Below are positions 47,122 through 57,232 of a stretch of DNA of 64,000 nucleotides, piece by piece. The DNA comes from Mantamonas sphyraenae STR306 (taxonomy: Eukaryota; Protista; CRuMs), in assembly GCA_026936335.1 (NCBI GenBank), contig JAPMXV010000013.1:1-64000 (forward strand), in the 5' to 3' direction. Below the pieces are notes generated by a model. It saw only the letters and a list, made by a program, of their open reading frames with translations, was not told the DNA's origin and searched no databases. The position numbers and the translations under genes are program-made. Numbering within the stretch: position 1 is the stretch's first letter; every line of letters starts with the position of its first letter.

Positions 47122-47955
47122 ATGTCCTCCAGCTGCTCAACGCTCGCTGAGCAGCCGGAGGAGGGGTTGCTGGACCCATCTGGGATCATTGCAACACGCT
47201 CAGCATACATCCTTGGATGTGGCAAGGAGTCTGGGTATGATTATGTGGATTTGATCCAACCACCTGACGACTTGACGCTCGCGAAGACTCCGAAGTGGAA
47301 TGGCAATCCGAAGTCATCCTTGCGCGACTACGTGCTCAAGTTCAACAAGGCAGAGGTTGCGCCAGCCATCCCCAGAAGCACGAAGGGTCGCAGGGACGCC
47401 ATCAAGCGGCAGATGGTCGAGATCATGACGAGCTTCAGGGAGAGCAGGCCAACGCAGCAGCGGATCAGAGTCGATCTAGGATTCGCAGGTGAGTTTTGTG
47501 GAGGTGTGAGGACTCTATTTGCTTGCTCACACCGTCAAAACATTAGTGAACGTCAATGTGACACGTGCAACCGGGTGCACACGGACGTCATGGGAGAAAG
47601 AGGGCCGCCAAGAGGCGCAGCGGATTATCAAACGCACCGTGGAATCTCTCCTCACGCTCTGCTCGGACGTCAAAATCAAAGGCGCCTTTGCCACCGAGGG
47701 CGTCCTAGGCTCCACAGACATTCTGCACAACACCAAGCCCTATGTGAAACGTGATCGACACATGTTTGGCCTCTTGTCGAGCATGATGCGGCACCTGGAG
47801 GCTGGAGAGGATGAGTTTGTGAGTTACCGTTACAATTGCGCGGCACGTGTCAACGAGAATGACGTTACTTTTGCGCGCCAAGTTGACAGGTGTCAGAAGG
47901 GCCAACCGTTACTTTTGCGCGCGACGATGCTGACACAGATCGCGCGGCGCACACA

Positions 47956-48007
<52 letters not shown>

Positions 48008-51000
48008 CATGCCACCAGCATGCTGGGGGCGAGTACTACAACGAAGTGGTCATACCATGCGTCCGAGATGCCGTCGGCACCGAGGGCGTTCTGATCATCG
48101 ATGAACACGATTGTGGCGGCGGAGAAGCCGAGCATCTGCTGCAAGATTGCGCCGGCAAGGGCACTGTGATCGTCGTGTCCAGCGACATTGACGTTCTCAC
48201 TTTGTTTCTCGACGTTCCCGAAGTCGTGGTGCTGGTGTCTCCAGTCAATGGCCAGGTCCTGCAGATGGCACAGGCACAGCGCAAGCTCATCTCGGCCTTT
48301 GCCATCTGCACCTATCTGGATGACCGCGATCGTGGTCAGCTCAAAGCCAAGGTCGCCAAGCTGCGCAAGGGTCTCTGGGCGTACGTGGACTCGGTGATGT
48401 ACGCGGAGGATTTTGATGCGACGGCATTCACCACAACCTACTGGTCGCTGGACATCGTTAAATCGCTGAGCACAGACGAGAAGAAGAAGGAGCAAGCTTT
48501 GCTGATGGAGGGTGCCACCTACCATGGGCATAAGGAGCTGCTGCAAGCCCTCCAGCAGTCGCAGCCGCAGGAGGACCCTCAGCAGTCGCAGCCGCAGGAG
48601 GACCCTCAGCAGGACCAGCCAATGCAGCTGACGGTGCATCAAGTCTACCATGAGTTGAGGCATGCCGGGCCCCTGGGACCGATGGCAGTCCGCTGTTGCA
48701 TGCAGCTCTTGGTTGAGCGCAAGCAATTTGGGATCACGGAGGTACTCGAGCGTCTGAAGCAGGCATCTGTGGAGCGGTACATGGTTCGACAACTGGAACG
48801 TGCAACACTGGTGTTCCGTGCTCACGACGGGGGGCTTGGTGAACTGGTGAGGGCTGTGGTTTCGCAAGACAAACCGTTTTCTGGATTCGCCCACCTGGGC
48901 GACGTGCGTGCGCCGTTGGTTCGCTTTTTCTTAGCCGAGCTGGCCATCAAGGTACCCTCGTTTCTTCCTGCCCACGGACACAACATCCTGGCAACGCCTG
49001 ACGACATGCGTCTGCGCCTCAAGCAGTGGGAAGACGCAGTGGAGGGGTTCCACCCGGATGTGGCAACCCTGCAACGCCGTGTCGACATCAGCATCATTGA
49101 CGACTGTCCCAACTTTGTCAACGTAACATTCAAGGGACCGCACACGCGGCAGACAGCGTTTATCGAAGCGTTGTTTCTGCAGTTCGTCTCCGAGTACTTT
49201 CAGCAGCCAAACGGGATCGCACTGCCCCGGTATGAGCTGCCCGAACACGCCAACCTGCGCAGGGGCAGCTTCACGGAGTGGATGGGCGACACGACCGAGG
49301 AGGAATTGCGCATCTCGCTGGAGCTACTCGCTGGCACACCGAAGCTGCTGGGCAAGCTTGGCCAGGGCAAGTCAGGCAACGACCTGAGCAGCCTGCTGGT
49401 ACAACGTACCTTCAAGCTGGAACGGCTTCGGCCGAGCAACGCAGCATCGCGGGCTGCGTTTGCACTGGAAGGGCTGTGGCGAGGCGTTGCGCTGGCCAGG
49501 GCGATGGTCATGGACGCGTTCTTTCGGCTTGTTTCGTCCGCCACAGATGGACGCATGTGGATTCGTACACAAGAAGCGAAGCAAGAAGAGTGTGGCGACG
49601 ATGCAGCAGAGCCGAAAAAGGCAGAGCCGAAAAAGGCAGAGCCGAAAAAGGCAGAGCCGAAAAAGGCAGAACCGAATGTGCTCGTGTGCGACAAAGTGAT
49701 GCAGAAGCTGCTGAAGCTCATTGGGATCCATGTGTACAACGCTGTGGTTGACAAGCGGGCCAGTGTGGGCATGGTGGTCGAACAAGGAGGTCTGGCGGCG
49801 CCCTGGGGGTCATGCCAGCGATTCTCCAAGCTGTGCAAGATCGGGGCCGTGCAGGATGTTCCGATCGAGGTGTTGGTGCACTCGTGCGAACCAGGGTCGG
49901 AAGCGCTGGTCGAGGTTGACCTGTGCCCGCTACACGAGTGTGGCGAGGTCGTTGCGGCCGCAGCGGCCCACGTTGCAGTCTCCACAGTCGAGTCGCTGCG
50001 TCAAAAGGTCCACGGGATGATTCGGTCGACCGTGAGCAACTTTAGGCGAAGGAGCAAGGCTGGAAGGGTGGTCGGCAGGATCGCAGCGCTGAACTGCAGC
50101 AAGGCCGTTTTCGTCGCGGCGTGTGCGCAGGTGCTGGACGTCGAGCGACCGATCATGTGGTCCGTGGTGAACAAGTTGCAGCTGGCAGTGAAGTGGCCGA
50201 GGGGCAACAAGGAGGTCGACTTTGACCAGGCAGTGCAACAGGTCGCCGGCGCGAGGGGGTTTGCAACGATTACCAAGGCGCTGGGCGTGAAACAAGGAGC
50301 TGACGAGTCAACTGCTGTGAGAGATCTGGCAGAGGATGTGAACAACTGGGTGCAAGAACACACGAGCGCCAAGGGTGAGGTGCCCTTTCAGTTTCCCAGC
50401 GGTGTGTCGCTGCAGAGTGAGTACCAGGTCAGCACCACAGACCTGTGCTTTGGCGCACGGGCAGCTGTACAAGTGCTTGAACGAGTACCCGGTGCTGACG
50501 CCACCAACGCCATCAAGCTTCTGAACAAGTTCACAAGCAAAGATCGTGTGTACGAAACACAGGAATCGCTGCTAAAGAGCGGGGACTCCAGCGCATGGCC
50601 GAAGTACGTGCAGGATCTCGTCGCAACTGGCGAGAAGCGTTTCGGGGATGGCTCTGAAATCGTTGACGCGCAGTTGCAACGCAAGAGGCGGTGTGCACTA
50701 CCGCTCTTGTTGTACGTCATGTTTCCACGGCTTTCAACCAGCACAAAGACGCTGATCGGGCAGGCGAGTGGCATGACAGTGAGCAAGACATGGGTGAAGG
50801 GGAGGAGGACGCGGCAGCGCACAGCCGTCGAACTGTACAACGGTCCTCGGGGGGGCAAGTACATGGAGGTGGAGAAAGTATTCACTCAGGAACATCGTGA
50901 AGTGGACGATTTTCCTGCGTTGAAGGCACAGGGCGAGAAGGCGTCGGCAGTGCAACTTGCACAGCGCCTGTTGGTGGCATGGAGCGTGTTTGGGGTCCCA

Positions 51001-51819
51001 GAGCAGTCTGACGACAGGCTGTCCTATCTCAAGCGCATGGTCTCCGTCCCACAGCAGGCTGTGGCGAAAGGCAATCTGCGTGGCTTCCTGCCAAGCGCGA
51101 ATCCCCGAGCTGCGATGGCAGCTCTGCGACATGCAGGACCCATCATCAACGGAGACCCAGGTGCATACAAAGACAACTTGCAGGTGGTGAGACTGTTGGA
51201 CCAGGGTGAGCTTGTGATCGAGCGTGGCATGGTGAGGTACGCACTGGTGGAGCACATTCCCACGACCCCTCACCACACGCAGCGGCAAAAGTCGCACGCA
51301 GACAGCGCCAGTGGGAAAGGCACACGCCCTGTAGCTCGAGAGCGACGCAACCAGGAGACGAGACGCATTGTGCAGCGGAGTGGAGCGCAGCTGTGTTTGG
51401 ACGGAAGGAGGACATGGGGCAGCAAAGGACAGACGGCATCGCAATCGGTGATGGGCATGCACATGGTGCATGTGGCAAGTGACGAGTATGGCCAGTCACA
51501 ACGGTGCATCTATGGCGGGCATCAACAGCAGTTTGTGCCGTCCATGGGCAGTGTGGCATGGAAGGGCAGGTGGAAAGTTTGCACCGAGTGCCGGTTCCAC
51601 CTCGCCAACACGACATCGGACCGGACGCTGTGGTCTGCGCTTGGGTACATGATTCAGGATCAGAGAGGTGCAGTGGTGCATCGGGACCGGACCGGAATGC
51701 TGAACCAGCTGCACTGCACCCTGAGCGTTGCGATTTGCGGCAAGCTGGCGATGTGGTTTGATCGAGAGTGCAAATGGGATGGCTGGGAGGAGGAGTGGGA
51801 AACGTGGGCTTTTGGATAG
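47122..51819 (+). CDS. Large Fanzor (eukaryotic TnpB-like RuvC nuclease) with an N-terminal FEN/XPG-like PIN domain; predicted exons 47122-47488, 47547-47818 and 48007-51819 (possible extra in-frame intron 51232-51282)
   Basis: RuvC-I INGDPG (D 51154), RuvC-II DEYGQSQRC (E 51484), CTEC Zn ligands, RuvC-III HRDRTGMLN (D 51685); PIN-like RVDLG, FATEG, GEAEH and VVSSDIDVL; splice phases match. Confidence 0.82.
47828..47921 (+). repeat. Three 15-nt direct repeats CGTTACWWTTGCGCG with unique 20- and 29-nt spacers (intronic)
   Basis: Copies at 47828-47842, 47863-47877 and 47907-47921. Confidence 0.85.
47950..48005. repeat. (CA)n microsatellite at an intron 3' end
   Basis: Near-perfect AC run ending in the CAG acceptor at 48006. 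Confidence 0.95.
49606..49674 (+). repeat. Coding minisatellite (GCAGAGCCGAAAAAG)x4+ encoding AEPKK repeats
   Basis: Perfect 15-nt tandem units in the Fanzor ORF; a 27-nt duplication (QQSQPQEDP) also occurs at 48553-48606. Confidence 0.95.
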
Positions 51820-52000
51820 GCAACATGGTGGCATTACTGAGTGCGCACACTATCCATTTGGCTAGCGCCAGCTCGATTTCACAGAGATCGCAGTTGGTTG
51901 AAACCGAATGTAGGACCGTGCAGAGTCGAGGGATTGCTGGTGGAGCTGCCGCGGCACGTTTTCATTTTCGTCTCCTCCCAAACACTGGGAGCAGAGCGTG
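51820..52000 (+). ncRNA. Candidate omegaRNA (Fanzor guide-RNA scaffold)
   Basis: Directly 3' of the Fanzor stop; hairpins CCAGCT-CGATTTC/GAGATCG-C-AGTTGG (51868-51897), alternative CGCCAGCTCGA/TCGAG..GCTGGTG (51866-51942), CTCCCA/TGGGAG (51975-51991). Confidence 0.55.
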
Positions 52001-52041
52001 TGTTTGTATGTTGTTCATGTCTCTGTGTGTTTGGTCCCACC

Positions 52042-53333
52042 TCAATACAGCGACGTCTTGCGCATGATGCGCAGGAACTCGTCCTCGCTGATCTCTCCGT
52101 CGCCGTCGCGGTCGGCCTCGTCGATCATCTCCTGCAGCTCCTCGTCGGTCAGGTTCTCACCGAGCTCCTTGGACACCCTGTGTGATGGAGATGCCGCAAC
52201 GAAAAACACACACGCGCACGAGTTAGCACACACTCACAGACACCACAGAGACACAAAAGCAAACCGCAACTCAAAACTCACCTCTTCAGGTTGCGGAAGG
52301 AGATCTTGCCCGTGTTGTCGTCGTCAAACAGACGGAAGGCCTTGAGGATTTCCTCACGCGAGTCCTTCTCGCTCATCTTGGAGGTCATCATCTCCAGAAA
52401 CTCGGAAAAGTCGATGGTTCCGTTGCCGTCCTTGTCGATGTCGGAAATCATCTTCTTGATCTCCTCCTTCTTCGGCTCAAAGCCCAGGGCGCGCATGGCC
52501 ACCTTCAGCTCCTTGGCGTCGATGGTGCCTGTACACACACGCGTGTGGTTGGTGTCACATCAACATGCCCTTTTGTGTCAGCGTGGCCACGTGCAGGCGC
52601 TCAAGAAGTGTGATGCCACAAGAGGGTCCATGTGGCGTACCCTTGCAAGGTACGCCCGGCGCCACGTGGGCCCTGTACACGCGCAGGTACAACCTCGCTG
52701 TCGCATAAAGGGGAGCTCATGCATGCTGCGCACACGTTGCATGCATGTGTCTTTCCGTTACATCCGTGTTCTGGTGTACAGAGGCGGAGAAACGCAGACA
52801 AATTGCGCGCGCGCCACATTGCCCGCAGTTGACAAAATGGCCTCGTGCACGCTCAGCACATGCACTCAGTGTGGCACAGTGTGTCCATGCATGCAAACGT
52901 GGCTCTGTGTGACATGGCTTGCTCGCATGGGCTACCGTTGTGCCTGGATGCCTCTTGAGGCGTGTGCCAACGCCTGTGGCTGGCGGCAAAAAAGCGCTCG
53001 TCTCAACGGTTGGCCCGTTGACCAAAAGGCGCAAAAACTCACCCGATCCGTCGGTATCGAACAGCTCAAACGCCTCACGAATCTCCGAGCGTTGCTCCTC
53101 GGTCAGATCCGGCTTGTTCTTGCTCTTGCCTCCACGCGTGGAAGACCCCAGGCCGCTGCGCTTGAAACCCGACTGCGGATGGAAAAACGCGCGCCACCCT
53201 TGTGTCAGCCTCGTTGGTTTTCTGGCCACTGCTCCTCCTCGACACCCTCACTGCACCGACCACACACATCATCGTGTGCACCCTATCCATTCACTCATCC
53301 GTGCAGCCCCGCTGTTTTCCCGACACCTACCAT
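52042..53333 (-). CDS. CETN: Centrin (caltractin); exons 53333-53331 (ATG only), 53172-53043, 52528-52282 and 52177-52042
   Basis: [44 protein letters not shown]...MRKTSLY; four EF-hands; all splice phases consistent. Confidence 0.97.
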
Positions 53334-53410
53334 AGTGTGTGTGTGTGTGTGTTCGTGTGTTGGCGCCACCCGCGCTCTCCCAACGCAAAATCGACACGCC
53401 TCCTGGCATC

Positions 53411-55663
53411 ATGGAAGAGGAAGACGATCGCACCCTTCTCGAAAAGGCAGACGATGCGTTCTGGTGGCTGTTTGGTGTCTGTGTCGATCTCAGCACCCCG
53501 TTCCTGTGTACGTGCCCACCTCTCCCATCTCATCACACAGTCTTTGCCCATGCGATGCTCTCCCACCACCCCAGCCCTGCCCCCCTTTCTCGTGTGCCAC
53601 GTGCTGACCCCTCTCCCGCCACCCTTCTTGTTTGGCAACCGTTCATGGCTGGCTCCTGAAAACCACGCAGACGTCGCGGACATCGTCACCGATCTCATCG
53701 TCGTGCTTGAGTGGTATGAAAAGGGCTATTCCGACGTAAGTGATCCACGCAGGCAGGCCGTCAAACACACCCCCCCCCCCCCCCTCCCCCCCCCCCCACC
53801 CAATGCACATACGCACGTGCAGACAATGCCGCAGCAGAAGTGACCTCTGCGCGTCTGGGTAAAAGCCCTCTTCCCGCGAATTCGCTTGCGCGTGGCACTG
53901 ACTCTGAGTTGCGTGGCGCACACGTGCATGCACAGTGGTTTGACATTGGTCTCACCTTCTTCCTCCTGACGCCTGGTTTCTCGGCCTTGCTCGTGTTCTT
54001 CTTTACGCTCATGGAGGGGGCCGAGATGTACGATAGCTGGAAGTACGAAGCCAACTGGGGAGTACCTGCACCTGGCAGCAGCTGCTTCACGTATGCACCC
54101 AACTTGCCACGCATGGCCAAGCTAATTGTGGTCATCATTTCCTTCCCCGTGCTGCCTTTGTACATCTGGGTGGTGAACTACCTGGAGTTGGAGAACTGGC
54201 CCTTCAGTGGCGGCGAGGCCGAGACCGATGTGGTCAACAGCCAGGTGAGAGCCAATCTGCAGGCATTGGGCAAGGTGACAGGACAGAAGAAGAAGGTGAA
54301 GAAGAAGGATCTGTTCAAGTCGCTGATGAAGCGTGCCATCCGCGAGAGTGGCCTGTTTGTGGAGACGGTCTTTGAGAGCATCCCACAGTCCATCCTGCAG
54401 TTCTACGTCATGCTTCAGCTGCGCGAGTGGTCCACCGTCAGCGTGGTGAGTATCTTCATCAGTCTGCTCACCATCCTGACCAAGACGTACGTGCTGGGCA
54501 TCGACAAGTTTGACCGCTTCAAGGTCTTCTTGGGCATCGTGGCCATGTCCACCGACGTCATGTATATGTTCATTGTCTCCTTTGTGTTCTACCTGGACAC
54601 GTCTGGTGCCTACTTTTGGTGGTTCATGAGCCCCTACATCGCCCGCTTTGCCTGGAACCTCTTCAGCATGCTCATCTCCTTCGTGGCCGTCCTGGTCGTA
54701 TTTTGGATCGAACAGGAACGCAGGGGTGTGTGCACATGGAACGACATGTGCAAGGTCCCGTGCCGCCGGTGTGGGGACGATATTTTGGACTGCTGCGACG
54801 ATGGCTGCGAAACCATGGCCAAGGCGTCCACCTACACGCTGAGCAACCTGTGCAAGTGTATCTTCTACCCCATCTTTGCGGCCATTGTGGCTGCGTGTTG
54901 GATCACCTTTGCAGCCATCTGCTTCCTGGGCGCGAATTGGTTTGATGCCTTCTTCTCCACCGAGCTCGCCACCGTGTTCTTCCGCTTTGTGTTCTTCCGC
55001 GACGACTCGCGTCGCACCGAAGTGGAAATCCTCAGTTCAGTCAACCTGAACAACTCGAAGCCACGCCACATCGGTGCGTTCCAAGCAAAGGTCACCACGG
55101 GTGTGTACAGCGCGTTCAAGAACGCCAATCCGCGTGTGGAGCCGCTGGGTACAATCAAAGCGGCCCTCAAGGACATTTTCAATGTGCGACCGCAAGATCA
55201 CCAGGGCTTGTACACGTTCACCATGGTGTTTGCCACCATCTGGTCGTTCCTGGGCGTGTTTCTTCGCTGTGCCTACCAGGGCATCTTTCTGGTCATGTTT
55301 GTGGTGTTGTACGATTCCACGTACGGCACCGAGGTGGGCATCAACCCTGTGCTGGACAGCCTGCCGCCGGGGGCAGTCTTTGTGAAGGATGCGTTTGGGT
55401 ACGGCACCCTGGTGCTGTTTGCCTCCTACTGGTGGGCGTTGTACATGACCATTAAGCGCACCAACAAGATGGTGGATGCAAACAACCTGCAGCTGGATCT
55501 GGTGCAGAAGCTCAAGACGCGTCGCTCCAACCACCAGACCTACGTCGACTTGGACCCTGCCTTCCAACGCACACGCCAAGCATTGCCAGACACCAATACG
55601 TCGGCCCATTACGTGCACACCAACGATCTGTACAACTATGGCGAAAACTTCTACTTCTACTGA
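53411..55663 (+). CDS. XK-related-like multi-pass membrane protein, multi-exon at the 5' end
   Basis: ETVFESIPQSILQFY resembles the XK-family ExxxESxPQxxLQ motif; many hydrophobic segments; Cys-rich loop. Confidence 0.65.
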
Positions 55664-55790
55664 CGCAGCTGCGCACGCACAAACAATCAAATCCAATCTC
55701 CCCATCCTCCGCCTGCAACTCCCTCCCTCCACGTCCTTCCTTGCCCAAGGATCACCCATCCCATCCCATCACACATCACACCAGGCGGCC

Positions 55791-57104
55791 ATGGAGTTTG
55801 CACAGTGTTCGAATTGGTATGTGTCAAACAAAACCGCCATGCAGGTGTTTGACAAGAACCGTTTCACGGCTCGAATTCTCCAAACCTGACACCCCCCCCC
55901 CACACACACACACACGCATGCTTGGCACACCCAACAACCCTCCAGCGGACGCAATGTGCCCAAGGCCAACCTGTTGACACACGAACCGTTCTGTGTGCGC
56001 AACCTGAAGCTGTGCACACACTGCGGATATAATGTGCCACAGGCCGAGTTTGATGCACACTACGAAACCTGCGTCAGCGGCAAGCTGGAGGCAGCACAGG
56101 AGGGCACCGAGGACGACATGTCGTCTGAAGACCAGAAGGGCGACCAAGCAGGCGCAGCCGAGAACTCCATCGACGACACACCAGCCAGGGTACAGACGGC
56201 AGACATGAGTGTTGGCACGGACGGATCGTTGATCTTTGCGCGCGCCGCACGCGATTTGGCGCTGGAGGAGAGCACAGAGGGCACACAGACAGCGAGTGTG
56301 GGCACGTCGACTTCGCCGTCGCCACGTCCACCCAGTGGCGCCTCTACGGGTTCTGGCAAGTCACGCAGACGAGGCACAGGGCCCACTCCGTCGCCGCCGC
56401 CTGTGGGCAACAGCAACAGCGCAGGCAGCCAAACGGGCTCTGCAGGGGCAGCGCCGCCGCGACGCAGGCCAACACGTCCCAGCGGAGGGTCGGGCACAAC
56501 AACAAACACCGACACAGACGCAAACGGTAAACAGTACAACACACGCGTGGCAGCGTCCAAGACGCGGCGGAAACGAGGGGGTCAGCACAAGCCACCCACC
56601 ACGCCCCCTGTGGTCCACACCACAGCCTTGGTTGACGGAGACGAGGAGGAAGAGGAGTTGGCACGTGCCATGAGCGAGTCACTGTCGCTGTCTCTGTCCG
56701 AGGGCAGCCAGGGGGCGGTGTACGCTCGGCTGGCACAGAACAGCGCCCAGTTGGACACGGACACACACGCTGCTGCTTCCCACTCACCCTCGTCCTCGTA
56801 CGACGACGATGAGGATGAGGACGACGAGGATGGCAATGACGACGACGACGACGACGGTGACGACGACGACGATGCAGTCGGCAAGGGGCCGCTGCGTCCG
56901 TTGGTGCGCAACGCCCTCAATGCACACACCCCACTCCAGGCCAAACAGCCCAACAGCAGACACACACGGCCCTACCGTCCTTCCGGTGCCGCCACCTCTG
57001 GCTCCACAAATGTGCGTGCACGTCCCCCGTCCCGTGATCTCGTCCACGAGGAGTACTTGGGCTTCGAACAGGGTTTCCGCGTTCGTCGCTTTGACGACGA
57101 GTGA
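55791..57104 (+). CDS. TRAFD1/XAF1-like zinc-finger protein with a UIM; intron 55817-55945
   Basis: CSNC|GRNVPKANLLTHEPFCVRNLKLCTHC...H; EEEELARAMSESL. Confidence 0.78.
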
Positions 57105-57232
57105 ACACACACACACACACACACAAGAGACACAATGTAAAGGGCAGTTTCCACCAGTTCCATTTGTGGGCAGGGCATTTTCCCACCACCTTCGCTGCGC
57201 TCGCTCTCTCTTGTCATCATCGTCATCATCCC

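Larger units (their letters stand above)
46500..52000 (+). mobile_element. Putative Fanzor-carrying transposon-like insertion (boundaries approximate; no convincing TIRs found)
   Basis: Tc1/IS630-like HTH, a Fanzor RuvC ORF and a structured 3' region lie between two tandem host genes (centrin stop 52042, permease ATG 46474). Confidence 0.7.

Noticed and set aside
47828-47921. Bona fide CRISPR array
   Set aside because: 15-nt repeats, only three copies, unequal spacers and no cas1/cas2; kept only as an unexplained repeat
47890-48006. THTHTH-containing N-terminus of the 1309-aa ORF as real protein
   Set aside because: It is the translation of a CA microsatellite with a CTGAC branch-like site and CAG acceptor, typical of introns here; an alternative in-frame acceptor at 47889 cannot be fully excluded
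46494-51918. 8-bp direct repeat TAGGACCG (46494-46501 and 51911-51918) as a target-site duplication
   Set aside because: No inverted repeats lie inside it, the right copy falls within the putative RNA structure, and Tc1/IS630 elements duplicate TA; it could be chance
46521-51972. GACGAA / TTCGTC as terminal inverted repeats
   Set aside because: Only ~6 matching bases, which is not significant
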